A stretch of DNA of 63,824 nucleotides, filler included, from Nemertoderma westbladi (Eukaryota > Animalia > Xenacoelomorpha), in the NCBI GenBank assembly GCA_032718475.1. It is 4 parts of 4 records of this genome, joined end to end, with 100 filler letters (N's around TTAATTAATTAA, not from the genome) between each part and the next. Parts side by side here need not be neighbours in the genome. Positions count along the whole stretch, not along the records: positions 1 to 23,010 come from JAUCBJ010005994.1; positions 23,111 to 42,520 come from JAUCBJ010004256.1; 2 more parts are not named here. One strand, 5' to 3'. Below the pieces are notes generated by a model, which was not told where the DNA came from, did not search any database, and saw only the letters and a list, made by a program, of their open reading frames with translations. Within the stretch, counting starts at the first letter, position 1. Each line of letters opens with the position of its first letter. Of this stretch, positions 13,901 through 27,370 are shown piece by piece. A program made the translations under genes and the position numbers.

Positions 13901-15111
13901 AATGATTTCTAAGTTGATATCGCAGATTTGGATATAGGTTTTTTCGCATCGATTCAACGAATTATCATTAGGTAAAGTTTGCGCGTTGAAATCCGTACAA
14001 CCGACATTAGTTTGCTCGGGAACGGGATTATTTCATGCCTCATTTCCCGCCCGATGTGGTGCCGGGGCTTCTGATTTGGAAAGTTAGATGGGTGTCACGA
14101 CAAGTTAATTGCGACAGCCAACTCCTTGATTACAGAGGCAGTTCGTGGATGAGTGGGCTGGTTTAAGGGCCTTATTTACCATTGCACTAAGGTCACCCTC
14201 ATGCACAATTATTAGAGTGTATTATTACAATCAGAGGACATTTACAATTTTTAATCAAGTGCTCCAAACCATTACCCAGCATCCCCGGTACAATTCGCGT
14301 TCTCTAGGTGAGTTTGCAATTGGAATTTTATAGTTTTCGTATCCCTTGAAGGGCATCGTTTGAGTATATAATTTGTATTCGAAAGCATTGGCAGTATAAT
14401 TGCGCGGGTGGATACGTTCGAAAGCAAGATTGGCGCTGAAATAATGGCCACAATAAATTTAACTTTCTGTTCGACTGTTTAATTTAATATATATGGCTAA
14501 TCTATTTGATAAAATGATGAATGATAAGTCGTGAAAGAAAAATAAATAAATTACTCCCTTGAAAACGTCTTTGTTTTGTAGTCACCCTAACATTACCAGC
14601 TATGGTAGATAGTAATAAATATTCGCTGATGATGACTTCTGCGTTTTGTGGCCCCAGATATGTTACTATGTATCCCTAAACTTCCAGAATATTTTGTGTT
14701 CTGTTTAGAACATTTATCACAAATAAAGCAATCGAGATGAAAGAATAGATGATTAATAATCTTATATTTGGGATTCAAATTACATAGATTTTAATAGTTT
14801 TTTTGCCGGTGTATAATAGAATATATTATTCTTCCATATTGAGGTTTCTTTAAAAGGCAGAATATATTTCACTGTTGCAATCCTATAGTATAGCTCACAT
14901 AGACAGGACTTTCCGCACAATAGTGGCACAAACAGATCGAATGCTGGTGCACTAGTCTTCAGGAAAAACGTGATCATTAATCACGCGTTCGATACATGTT
15001 GTTTTGAAAATTTTCCACTACCAGGACTGGTTAGCGTCGATACTACCTTACAGGCTCAAGCGAAATTTAAATGGCGGTTGCAGGAAAACAAATATAATTT
15101 ATATCTCAAAA

Positions 15112-15578
15112 GGAAAGATTACAGCTTTATTTAACTTCCCGGAGTCTGGGGTAGGAAAGATTACAGCTTTATTTAACTTCACGGCGTCTGGGGTAGGAAA
15201 GATTACAGCTTTATTTAACTTCACGGAGTCTGGGGTAGGAGAGATTACAGCTTTATTTATCTTCCCGGAGTCTGGGGTAGGAAAGATTACAGCTTTATTT
15301 AACTTCCCGGAGTCTGGGGTAGGAAAGATTACAGCTTTATTTAACTTCCCGGAGTCTGGGGTAGGAAAGATTACAGCTTTATTTAACTTCACGGCGTCTG
15401 GGGTAGGAAAGATTACAGCTTTATTTAACTTCACGGCGTCTGGGGTAGGAAAGATTACAGCTTTATTTAACTTCACAGAGTCTGGGGTAGGAAAGATTAC
15501 AGCTTTATTTATCTTCACGGCGTCTGGGGTAGGAAAGATTACAACTTTATTTAATTTCCCGGAGTCTGGGGTAGGAAG
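15112..15578. repeat. 42-bp minisatellite, 11 copies (ggaaagattacagctttatttaacttcccggagtctggggta)
   Basis: Exact 42-nt periodicity, few substitutions, no spacers. Confidence 0.95.
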
Positions 15579-16479
15579 GAATTATTGTGAACAATGACCC
15601 GGTAAGCAAAGCCACATTTATGCCAATGTGGATTGTCAAGGTGCGTCATTTGTCTCATTAAGCGTACCCCCCCTGTCACAGATAGGACATTCAAGTCACT
15701 TTGCTTGTGTGTTAGTTAGCTTTATTTAACTGCTATACAGCCTAACTTTGGTAAAATAAATTAGTTAAATATTAATTAATTATATTGTATCTATTACTAT
15801 AACAAAGAAGCAGATTCTGGTTCAGTTTCACCTTCTGAAATGAAATAGAAGGCGAACAGAACAGTATCACCCTCAGTGAACTGCTTCAAAACATACCTGC
15901 CCCACGTGTCTCACATTTTGACACCTTATAACCATTAAAAACGAAACTGTTGCTTGTAGTAACAGAATTAATAAGAACATTCACATTCGGCACATTTATA
16001 TCACTGCGCTAATATTGCTGGTTTCTCTATATTATTATTCCGCTAAAGTTACGGTCATTAAGTCAGAATAAACCCTATAAACCCAAATATGGTTATTGAC
16101 ATTCATTAAATTATTATTCTGGCGCCTTTTACACGCTATATTATCGTATACCCTATACACGCGTATATACATCCTGTACACTAACATTAAAACATTAAAA
16201 ATTACATTAACACACTCGGTTGACCTCGCTATAGCTACCCCTTTGGCTATATCAACAAGAACAATTGAAACCAGTTATGGCAGTCTTTGTGGGGTCAAAT
16301 TATAAGTGTCTAACCCCCAGAGGTGCCAGGGTGGTAGACTCCCATTGCGGTAACAATAGCGGCCCCCAACTGAGAACAACGTACCCTGTCATTAAAGTAT
16401 TAGCTTGGTTACCCAATACTCAGGGCCTCTCTAGGCCAAAATCCTGTACCCTGCCTGCCTGTGTACTGTGTGTGCGTCC

Positions 16480-16920
16480 GAGCTTGTCAACCCATCCATC
16501 ACTATTGTCTTCGAACATGTTGGCGGCAGTGTAGACCGCTTTGTTCAACATTTTGTCCCCATTGTCGAAAACCATGGAGGTACAGACACCGAGGTGCTAC
16601 ACTCATGCCCGGTGTATGCCGACAATCCGTAATGCTGGCCCCATCATTCCGGGCGCGGGTTACCAGTCCCATCCGAACCGACAAACAAGTACACATAAAC
16701 CTCGCAATCACTCAACTAGCCCCGTATTAATTTTTTCCTATGTCTATGACGCGGCCCTTCTGCGGGCTATGGAGTCGCGTCGCTCACCATTCTTGGCCCC
16801 CGATCGCATTCGCTCAGAGTCTTCCTGACGGGCCTCCAGACATGGGGCCTATTCACAAGGGGTGGCTACAAGTCTGTCCCACTTACATCCATGCTATAAC
16901 AACCCGCCTCAGGGTTTTAC
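16480..16920 (+). pseudogene. Possible decayed DIRS/Ngaro-type tyrosine recombinase fragment
   Basis: Frameshifted pieces MLAAV*TALFNIL, RTDKQVHINLA, SHSLRV and PTYIH lie in the order expected for a YR; the resemblance is weak. Confidence 0.25.
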
Positions 16921-18203
16921 GGTTGGTTACCTGCGACCTATAGATAGATTGTCATGTACTTAGAGCTTCTTGCATTGATAAATATCTCTCTCTTTCTACA
17001 CGACTCTTGAATGCTGAACAATGTGAGAGCTTATCACAGAGTAACGTAGACGACCAACTGTCTTTCTCCTGCCCTAAGGCCCTTTTGAAAGTCTGAAGGC
17101 ACTGGTTTTTATAAAGCCGGCGCGTCGTGAATCTCTTATAGTTCCAGGTAAACTGCTAGTCGCCGTCTTACCATAGTGAACAACAAGTAGAAGATGTTAA
17201 TTAATATTATCATCATCTTGTTAACAACATGTTATTTATAATGATTCCCTTCCCAATGAAGGTCGACCGAAAACGTCCGTAATCTCAAAATACTAAGTAG
17301 AATTTAATTATTTTTTGTCATTAAGTGGCGGGTGTGTTATCCACTCATTGGCACGTAACACATACCTTTCCATTGCCCGCATTTCAACGGTTGTGTATTT
17401 TTTTTTACAATTCAAATCCTATTCACAACTGACGAGATGATTTGGCATTAATAACATTCCATTTAGGTGTCCAGTTAGAATGCCAGTGATACGATTAATA
17501 AGGAAGTCTGATTTTGAAAGTTTTATAAAGAGCGGCGTTGAAATTTGATGTATATTCTAATATGTAACATGGATTTATTTTGTAATCTTCTCTGCGTGGG
17601 CCCTATCCACCGCGTTTCCAAGTGCATTCTTTCTGCTTATTAGCTGAGGTATAACGGCTTTTAAGCCTCGCCAAATCGATAAACACGGCTTGGTAATATT
17701 GATCGTACGAAAGAACTGCGATTAAAAGAAACTTTGCGATAATCAAGAGTATCGATCAAAACTCAAAACGTTTCAGCTTCTGTGGGAATTGGATCTGTGG
17801 AACTTGGCGGATCTAGGCGGATCTAACGCTAAGTAAAAGCAAAATAAACTACCCCAATGTGGATGTACCAGAGTGGCGACTAGCCACTTCATACCATATC
17901 ACGCCTCCGCGCACGTGACCATTTTATGGAGTAGCAATAGCACCCAGTCCCATTTTTATTTGCAAAGACAATTGGCACATATTGTAATTTTCAAAAATCG
18001 TAGCAAATCAAAGATTCAAGGGGGTAACGCAAATCCCATCACGGCGGCTTAATTTATCTTCTAAATATTAAATTATTAATTAAGGGAAAGTAGAAAGGAG
18101 GCGATGTAAACCATTGTTACGGGGTTGGGGTGTTACATTGTATATATTAACTGGAATATATATAAACTAAATATTAACTAAACCACACGTTACTCTTTTA
18201 CAG

Positions 18204-18808
18204 GAGGTGTTTTGAGACGAGCCAAATCGAAAAACGGCGGCCGATTATTGCGAGAAAAACTCGAGAAGATTGGTCTGAATCTGCCGGCGGGCCGCCGCAA
18301 AGCCGCCCAGGTGACTCTACTGACGGCGCTAGTCGAGGGGGAGGCTTTACATCTCGCCAGGGACTTTAGTTACGTCTGCGAAACCGAATTCCCATCCAAA
18401 GCTATAGGCGACCACGTTGCCAGGCAACACAGCGAACCTGCCGAGCAAATGCAGCGTAAGAGTATGGCCCTGGCGGCGAAACAAGTCCTCAAGGAATTTG
18501 GTGACCTCCTGAGTCAGGACCGGTCCCCAATCGGAAACACGAGACCCAACGGGATACTAGACCCCGCTATGCAGCGGGCTCTCACTCACTTCAGTCTGAT
18601 CACCCACGGTTTCGGAACGCCGTCCCTTCTCGCTGCAGTCACCGCCATACAAAGTTACTTAACTGAAATGCTCAAATCCCAGGAGAAACTATATATGAAC
18701 AGTTCCCATGGCACCGCCCCAACAAACCGGCACTCTGGTGATACAGACTCTCGGAGTGTCCACTCCAACGGTAGTTCTGACTCATGTAAAGAAAATATTT
18801 CCTCATAG
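18204..18808 (+). CDS. TFAP2: Transcription factor AP-2, last coding exon (basic region and helix-span-helix); total protein 442 aa
   Basis: [34 protein letters not shown]...[20 protein letters not shown]...[12 protein letters not shown]; TAG stop; AATAAA at ~19030. Confidence 0.97.
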
Positions 18809-20274
18809 GCTAATATGTTACTCTGTGAATTTTTATGTAACCAGTGTAATATTTTTTTATTTGTGTTACCAGCTCAGAGCACCGCTTATTATATAATTGT
18901 AATTTAATACTTTAAAGGTACCAGAGCAAATGATATAAACCGTCTGTAAGGTGTCGATAACACAGGTATTTTTAGACTATTGTCTATTTTATAAACTTTT
19001 GCTTAAATTTCTCTATTTTTACCAAGTGATAATAAATTCTATGAACTTAGAAATGGATTTAGTATAAAACCTGTTGTGACCGTGTAGTTTACATTGCTAA
19101 TGTTACCGTAGACTATATAATTACCATAAATGGCAATACAATATTAAAAATGGTTGGTTAATGTTTGATTGATTTCGAGATTACGATTAATATCTACGCC
19201 TCTCCCTGGCCTATTATCCTCTGATCGATTAATTAGCGATTGTGAAAGTTTGTGCTGATGATTACGATTTCGCGTATTTAGATTGTTACCATAGTAATAT
19301 TAATTACTCGTGTATAATGCTTACCTGTGTAGTTAACGTTATTGGTATTTATTCACGTAAAATTATAACAAATAAATGTTAATATTAAAAAGTTATTCAT
19401 TCTACTTTGCGTCGTTTAATCTGTTAAAGGATATAAAGTTGACTTTATTTACCTGCATGCTCATTATTTTTAATACATTGTTACGGATATTTTGTAGGCT
19501 CCTTTGTTTCACGACTTTCTATTAGAATGCATGGTAATTATTTTATATACATTAGACGAATAAACGATTGGTTGTTTTCAACTGAAAAAATAAATTATTT
19601 CAATCCCTCAAAGATATTTTTTATGTTATTTGTGAGGTTACTATATTTATTGCCAATGTTTATTTTGGAAAATTTGTTGCAAAGCGTTTTATAGTTTTAT
19701 CGTAACCATAGATACAATTCACATGCTTAGTTTATTCAATATTTATTCTCATTATTTAGTAGAGTTACAATAAATAAGTATTTATAAAATCCCAATATTT
19801 TCTCAACTCCAGCACTATTAGTGCTACCCTACAGGCCTACACTAGTTTATACACTAAAGAACGATGTACCACAACTTCCCCATTCTTATGACTTATGATA
19901 TGCTCAACCTGCTTATCGCAAAGTCAGTATGTCATAATGTAAATATGAAACGAGTTTATATAAAAAGTGGTTAGTAATTACTAACTGAACTATTTGTCAG
20001 TTATTGTACAGATAGCAACTTAACATCAGTTAAATTATGTTATATTATTTATGGCATTATTTAACTGATGTCACATTCAATAACTGTTGTTTAACCGTTC
20101 ATTCAGTGTAAGCAGGATACAACAATGTTCTGCAGAAGAATAAGATAATTAATGTTAATATCTAGAATAAGAATATGTTTATATATATAACTGATGTCTG
20201 ACATGCTCATACCTTTATCCTGCTTCTAAATATATATAATATCCGGCTTGAAGCCGGATAAATAATATAATAGA

Positions 20275-20670
20275 TAAATGTCGTTTCGGCGCGATCGATT
20301 TGCGTTGTTTCAGCGGAGATTTAGTAGGTACCATTTTCTATCGATATGTCATCGTCGTTACACAAAGGTCTTTGATAAAAGATTATGTTGTAAGTCATTC
20401 CAAAGACTATTACACGATTACTGCCCATCGTAATACCGACAACAGCTTTCAACATTAAAAAGAACAAACTACCCTAATATCGTGCTATTAGTATCAGCGT
20501 GTTGGTAACAGATGTGTGTGAGATTATAGTAGAAAGTAGAAACAATCCGCATCTGAAACGGCAGTCCAACAATCGGCATTTTGAATAAAAGGTATGCTTG
20601 TTGTTCCACATGTAATACTTGTACAGCACAGCATGCGCGTGCCGTGGCGGACAGTACAAATATATTTCCT
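20275..20670 (+). pseudogene. Possible heavily decayed piggyBac-like transposase relic
   Basis: Scattered peptides MS.RRDRF, DYYTIT...TD and RAVAD resemble piggyBac motifs; many stops and frameshifts. Confidence 0.2.
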
Positions 20671-21779
20671 CTTCAAAAATCATACTGTTGACAAGAATAT
20701 AATATTATCTCTAACCCTCAAGCAGGGTCGGGATGCCGTTGCTGAGGTCTTGTAAGCTAAGCTGAAAAGCTTATCAAAACTATAAGAAAAGAACCAAACC
20801 CACGTAAAATACTTTCTCATCTGATGAATTCTGTAGATTTACTTTCCGGAATGACTTCAATCTAATTTTATGTAATATGAAATATTACAAGTCAAGCCAA
20901 GTGCGAATTTATTAGGATCAGATACAGCCTTTATTCTATGGTTCTGTTGATTTATTTAACTATTTCCCTGAGTAGCTTCATATTCGTATGATACATCCTT
21001 ACTTGTACATATATATTATACAGGTATGTATGCAGTAAATAATTATTTTAGTGCAAATCCTTGCCGAAGTACGTACAATATGCCTGTGGCGACATGATTG
21101 TCTAGTCACTGAACTAGCCATTGTGAGTAATGTGATATGTGAGATAGGCACAAGCCCTCAAGATAAAAGGAGGACTTCTCATAAATACCCAATTTTCCGC
21201 CTCATAACAAGCTTTACACAATACTGTACTTTATTTTAGATGTTCTGTCCAATTTATTCAACTCAGTTTTGCTATAAATCATGAACGGAACTCAAACTAA
21301 CTTCCTTATAAATTTTCCAACTTAACATCACTATCAACTAACGTCACTGGACCGCGCATATTATAAATAGAAATTGAATTGAATTTACAATTAATAATCT
21401 CATACATTGAAGAAAAACATGTGCTTAAGATATATATAAACCTCAACCGTGATTGAGTGGACACGGCAGTGACAGAATAATATATTATGGAGTTGGTCTA
21501 TTAGCCCCCGTACTATAATAGATCCGTCTCATGGTGGAAAACACGAGAAAAATTGGGCTCCCCTTAAAAATTTACATCCAGCGGCCAAAAATACCTTATT
21601 CAGGCACTCTTATAGTTACACATGAAACGCTGCGAGCACCGTGGAACGAACCTGCCTTGCACTCGTCTCCTCTGCAACCATCGTTGCGCTCCACCTGTAC
21701 GTACAATATGGTCAAAGAAATGTATACCGCTTTCAGCATTCCACGACCTGTACTGAACAAATCGTCCAATGTTAGGCCA

Positions 21780-22260
21780 GGTGGTTAGTTGAACATAACT
21801 GTTTAGGAGTATAGTCAACAGTGACTCATCTTCATTACAACCCGAACATAACTGTTTAGGAGTATAGTCAACACTGACTAATTTTCATCACAACCCGCGT
21901 TGCGCTCGTTTTGTATACATCTGGTCACTAAATGCATACCTTACAACATTCAGCTACAGGTACTGAACGAAGTGATATACGTTCAATATGTATGGTAAAC
22001 TATGTTGTTTATAGGAGTATAGACAACGCAGTAAACGTCTTCATTATAAACCCCATTGTGCTCGTGCTGTTTTGTATTTGAATATGTTTCCTAAACACAG
22101 ACGGACGATCTGTATAACTATCGATGCGTTCAATATGCGAAGCCAGGTGGTATATATGACTATAAAGTCAACGCAGTACTCGTCTTCATTATAAGCCTCG
22201 TTGCGCTCGTCCTGTTTTGTCTTAAAATATTTTTCCTAAACGCAGACTGATGACCAATAT
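21780..22260. repeat. Degenerate tandem repeat (core ggagtatagtcaac...tcttcattacaaccc), about 4 copies
   Basis: Core at ~21806, 21859, 22013, 22160. Confidence 0.7.
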
Positions 22261-22679
22261 AACTATGCAAAGTCTCGAAACTGTGCGAATAACAGCTGAT
22301 TTATGGCAGATAGATACATACATACACACATAGATAGATAGATAAACAGATAGATACCTACCAAAATAAATGTTCGTTATATATTTTGTTGAGGTTGAGC
22401 AGGGAGCAGCCTATAGCAGTACCTATACACGTTCGTGGCGACTTCGCGCAGCACGTAGTCGGCAAGCCTTGGCATACGGTTCATATAGAGCAAATGGGGC
22501 ATGTCTAGTTTGAACCCCATATCCCATGCTATAAATGTTTTCATTCGATATACAATCATATGTTAATCCGCTAGGTGGTGTCAAATTGTTATTCTGCAAT
22601 TTTGTACTTACCAGTGCAGCACTGTACAGCAGTACCGTACCGGTAGGCCTATGTCATTACTTCTGAGTCTCTAGCGGAT

Positions 22680-23010
22680 CCCCAATTAAATGTCTTAACT
22701 TTTCAATTTCGTAAAAGATAGACTTCATGATTCTCTACAGGCCAACAAAATTTCAGCTCAGGAAAATGAGGCCTTCCCGAGAAATTTAACATTTTCTAAA
22801 AACCACAAAATCTGTCGTAGCTGACGTCAGACTGCATGATTTTTCACCAAACTTTACAAACTTTCTAAACTTTCTCTCTACTACTTGCCTACTAAGTTTG
22901 GTTCAATCCCGAACCAGCGATGCCGAGAAATTCGCGTTCAAACATTTACCAGACAGACGGACGGATAGACAGACAGACGGACAGACAGACAGACGGACAT
23001 GCCCCATTTA
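22680..23010 (+). mobile_element. Non-autonomous Helentron/DINE-1-like repeat ending in a (gaca/gacg)n microsatellite
   Basis: cagacggacagacagacggacatg end resembles DINE-1/HINE architecture; truncated at the contig end. Confidence 0.4.
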
Positions 23011-23110
23011 NNNNNNNNNNNNNNNNNNNNNNNNNNNNNNNNNNNNNNNNNNNNTTAATTAATTAANNNNNNNNNNNNNNNNNNNNNNNNNNNNNNNNNN
23101 NNNNNNNNNN
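23011..23110. other. Artificial contig spacer (N44-TTAATTAATTAA-N44)
   Basis: Identical 100-nt spacer recurs at 42521-42620 and 57487-57586. Confidence 0.95.
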
Positions 23111-23982
23111 GCTCTAAATCTGAACGGATACAGACGGTGACTAAGTTTGCTTTAGTCGACAAAAGTAAAGATTGATTTAAAGATTTATCACATCCATAAC
23201 TTAAACTTTAATTCGATTTAAAATGTATAATTAATAATGTGTACGTAACTGTACCAGTTAATAAATTTCACTTATGTTCGAAATAGAACATGATTAAAAT
23301 GTATAAATGAGCATCCATAAAATCCTCTCTTCACATACCGAACGCTGTTAAGTTGACATAATGTAACCAAATGCAAAGCCATGCAAAGGTCACTTTTCAC
23401 TTTTCAGCGTTAAACTTGACTTTAAGACTGAAACTTTAAGACCCTTGTTTATTTATATAAACCGCCGTGTTTGTGACGTACATAAATAAACTCGGGTCAT
23501 AACGCTGCCTTTGCACACAATGATGTAAATAGTTATTGTCCAAATTGCAATGCATTTCAAACTAAAAGTTATCTTCATGCAATAAAATAAATAAAACCAA
23601 TAAAAACAATAAAATACACAGTTCATGGTGTTAGATCGAGATCCTTTCCTAGTAATAAACTTCAGTTCAGCACTGGTTTAGTGCCCCGGGGAACCTTTGT
23701 TATATAATTATAATGTAATTCTTCCAGAATCAAGGTGGGCTTATATCTTTTATTAATTAATGCATCTTCTTTCACTCGTCTCGCAACAGCTGTAGAACCA
23801 TTTCTCAATATTGTTTCATTATTGTCCATTAATTATGTGAGATTTATGTTGTGACACTCTGTGCCACACAATCAATTATTGTATCTCAGATATATCGCTC
23901 GTCGCATCCATCACAATTAACCACATATATAAAATTCTTAACGGTGCAGTCCATTTTCTTTCGAATATAATAACTTTCCGAC

Positions 23983-24327
23983 TTAAACTTTCCGACATAA
24001 TAACTTTATACTAACTTCGTAACATTTGGGGCAGGATTTGATTTTCTCTGCAGACTGGCGTGGTCGCTCGCGATTTAGAGGTCTCCTGGTGGAGCGTGGG
24101 TTGGCTTTGTTGCTTGGGATGTTAGTTTGTTTTGTTGTAGATACACCACCATTGCGCAGCACATCATCGAGTGTGGGGTCCTCACAAGTTTCGAATATTT
24201 TTTCCCGCAACTCGTTGTTTTCTTCCGAAATTATTTTTGTCATGAGTTGTTTATCGTGGCAGTGGTTGCAGGTCGGACAAACGTATGTATAATTCATCGA
24301 ACGTTTCCCCATGCAATTGTTTCGCAA
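23983..24327 (-). pseudogene. Gag-like fragment of a Ty3/gypsy LTR retrotransposon
   Basis: KIISEENNELREKIFETCEDPTLDDVL followed by a basic linker and CPKC (zinc-knuckle start). Confidence 0.45.
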
Positions 24328-24354
24328 GATAGAAGTCTACCCAGATCACAGAAT

Positions 24355-24650
24355 TTACAAAACTTACTAAATACTTGTGAGGAACTTAGTAAGTGCTTAC
24401 AAAAAAACCACGTAAGAACGTGCCAAGTACTGATGTGTTTTTTGTAAGTACTTAGTAAGTTAAGCGTATTTCTGGAATTTGCAAAACTTAGTAAGTACTT
24501 ACTAAGCACTTATTTGGTTTTTAAATGTTTTTTTGTAAGTGCCTACCAAGTACTTATTAGGTTCTCTGTGTTTTTGGAATTTTCAAAACTTAGTAAGTAC
24601 TTACTAAGCACTTATGTATTTTATCATATATTTTTTGTAAGTACTTCTTT
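24355..24650. repeat. Palindromic short-repeat array (cttagtaagtacttactaag)
   Basis: Several direct and inverted copies, e.g. 24488-24507 and 24589-24608. Confidence 0.75.
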
Positions 24651-24714
24651 AGCTACGCGTGATTTCCTGAGCCAGATCCATATCCCCTCCTCTTCCCTCG
24701 TATGTGGGTTTGGG

Positions 24715-24875
24715 TTACCAATTAGTTACTTTTGTTACACCTAGGTGGTGTGGGCTCAATGTGGGCTGCCAATTAGTTGTTACCTTTGTTGCATCTAGGT
24801 GGTGTGGGCTCTATGTGGTCTACCAATTAGTTACCTTTGTTACATCTAGGTGGTGTGGGCTCTATGTGGTCTAAG
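24715..24875. repeat. ~52-bp tandem repeat, 3 copies
   Basis: ccaattagttacctttgttacatctaggtggtgtgggctctatgtgg x3. Confidence 0.85.
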
Positions 24876-25134
24876 TTCAGAGCCTCAGCTAAGCATGGAA
24901 GAAGCGAGGCTGATCCAACCACTGAGGGGCAGTTAGTCGTTCAATCCCAAGTTATTGACCATAAAGATTCAATGGAGAGTACTGGTAAGAATATTTTAAG
25001 CTTTATATCTTCGTGATTTTATGTCACTATAGCCGAAATTCTACAACAAGCCACTTTATGTACACTGGTAATAGTAGAGTTCCAGTTGGGAATCGAAGTT
25101 TTAGTACAAACAAAAGCAATGAAAAAAACATTTT

Positions 25135-25192
25135 AATAGTCCAAACGTTTCGATATATTAACTTTATATCATCATCAGTTGGAGTTACTAAT
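25135..25192 (-). ncRNA. Minimal type I hammerhead ribozyme-like motif
   Basis: Minus strand: tccaa CTGATGA t gatata-aagttaa-tatatc GAAA cgtt tgga; conserved core, 6-bp stem II, palindromic ACGT stem III, imperfect stem I. Confidence 0.65.
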
Positions 25193-25386
25193 AGATTATT
25201 AGAGTTAAAATTCAAACTGTAAACTAGAATAATTCTTTATACAAACGGGGCCTAACAAAAGGTGCCAAAGACTGACTCAAAAGAGGCCTGACAGGCTTCT
25301 TTTGTTTAGAGAATTAATCTAGTTTACCGTTTGAAATTTAACTCTAAAAAAGTGTCTATTTGTAACTCCACTTTTGATGATATAAA

Positions 25387-27370
25387 TATTGAAGGTAACA
25401 CAGAACCATTCGAAGTATTATGGGGAGTCCTCCAGAGAGACACACTTGCGCCATTCTTGTTCATAATTGTGGTTGACTATGTTCTACGCATGTCCTTAGA
25501 TCATCATTTTCATTTCATTCATTTCATCATCCGGAATTTTTCGCCCCGGCGGCTTTAATTTACATAAATAAAATACATAATACATAAAATAACGAGTAAA
25601 ATCAAAGTGCAGTGAACAATAACAAGGGAGTGTGGTGCAATATGACACATGACAAATATGACAAATAATATTGTTGAAATTGTAAGATTAAAATATTTAA
25701 ACAATAGTAAGTACAGTTGTGGAGATTATTGATTTTATTGCACACAAGATAAAGCATCGGTATATCAAAATACGATCCTATAATATAAGCTAAGCCCCAG
25801 TTCGATGGTTCTTAGATCAACTAAAGGTTTCGTTCGGGTTTTAATTTAATTTAATTTAATTTCGTACATAGAAAATAAATCTAGTACAGCATACATACAG
25901 GACCAACAAAGCACACGATATATAGTGAATGATGTTAATAATGATGCACAGGGTAAATTAGTTACTGTAAATATGTGTACAAACCGAACACCTAACTGAT
26001 TTGAAATTAGTATCTGTAAACTATTATAACTAAACCTAACAAAGAGCTAACAGTATGAATAAACAAAATGAACAACAATAAACAAGTCAATTCGTGGAAA
26101 TATAATTGAGAATGTCATCCAATTCAGATCTATCAAAACCAGGAATAAAAGTTTCTGCGCCAATTTGTAAAAATCCAGTAGTACAGCATGCTTCGCTACG
26201 AAGTTTCCAATGGGACAGTTGAGTAAGCTCCTAACATATAATACGGCATATTGTTCTTTAGGGGTCCTGGTACAGAAATTATCTTTAACACCCTGCTTTA
26301 TACATTTAATGCTGTACCGACTAGTCGATAGTGAGGTGATGGATGGTAGTCCCAGCTCCCATGCAGCCATGTTGTAAGTTGCAAATACTGGACATTCATA
26401 GCTTCCAGACAGATGGTTGCACAGCAGATATGTTGTCAGGAATATTAGGAATGTCAGGAATATCATAATGATGATGGGGTGATGATAACTCCACCTACTG
26501 GCTCCAGAAGTCGAGGAAATCATGCCAAGTACCTAACTGATCTAGACTTTGCTGATGACTTAGGAGTACTCTCAGAATCACTAGTGGGAGCCCAACGGCT
26601 CCTCAGCTCATTAGAACATGCTGCTTCTAGTGTTGGTCTTAATATTAACTCCAAAAAGTCCAACATATTGACAGTTAACTTTGAAAGTCCTCAGCAAGTA
26701 TCTGACCGGATGAGCATAAGCTCAAAGGATGGTATGCTTGAGCATGTGGACGACTTCTGTTACCTGGGATCATGGATCCGGAGGTCAGGTGAGGACCTTC
26801 GAATACGTAAGGGAAAGGCATGCGCAGCCTTGAATAGGCTTTCAAGGATTTGGAAGTCACATAGAATTAATCGGAAAATTAAGGTCCGATTATTTAGAGC
26901 AGCAGTAGTTCCAGTACTCCTCTATGGGAGTCTATGCTGGGCTCTAACTGCCGAGGACACCAAATCTCTGGATGGCACATTCACAAGAATGCTACGCCGG
27001 GTTCATTGTGTCAAGTACAATGCACACATCTCCAACCAGACACTATATAACATTGGAGGTGTCTCATTGGTTCCCCCAAGCTTGACACTAGAACAAAGCC
27101 GCCTCCGCTTTGCAGGACATTGCTTTCCCCGTGAGGACCAGCCAGTGCATAATCTTGTGCTTTGGCAGCCTCATGGAGTGAATGAGCATGGTGGACAGCC
27201 CATGACTTTCTTGAGACGCATCTTAAAGGACACTGGCCTTGAAGATGCGGATGATCTAGCAAATGTCATGGGTGATAGGGAGTTGTGGCGGCGCAATTTT
27301 GTCGACAAGCCGGCACAGCATTCTTAAAAATGCAGCTGCAATGCAGCATGCCGATACTAGTAGTAGTAGG
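25387..27370 (+). mobile_element. 5'-truncated RTE-like LINE with a (tag)n tail and 9-bp TSD tgatataaa, itself interrupted by an insertion
   Basis: RT motifs GVLQRDTLAPFLF (25420-25470) and LDFADD (ORF 26479-27327); TSD at 25378-25386 and 27371-27379. Confidence 0.85.
25505..26466 (-). mobile_element. ~960-bp insertion into the LINE RT, probably the 3' end of another non-LTR element
   Basis: Removal restores MSLDHNDDGVMITPP in frame; atcat duplicated at 25500-25504 and 26462-26466; (cattt)n tail at the left end. Confidence 0.65.

Larger units (their letters stand above)
10078..18203 (+). other. TFAP2 coding intron (8126 bp, GT...AG) with complementary ends
   Basis: Splicing restores [15 protein letters not shown] in frame; acceptor tactcttttacAG. 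Confidence 0.9.

Noticed and set aside
15004-15597. 197-aa repeat protein or CRISPR array
   Set aside because: Pure tandem 42-mer with no unique spacers; the ORF arises because the unit is a stop-free multiple of 3; lies inside an intron
23011-23110. TTAATTAATTAA as a piggyBac target or biological motif
   Set aside because: Identical in all three N spacers; an artificial all-frame stop linker
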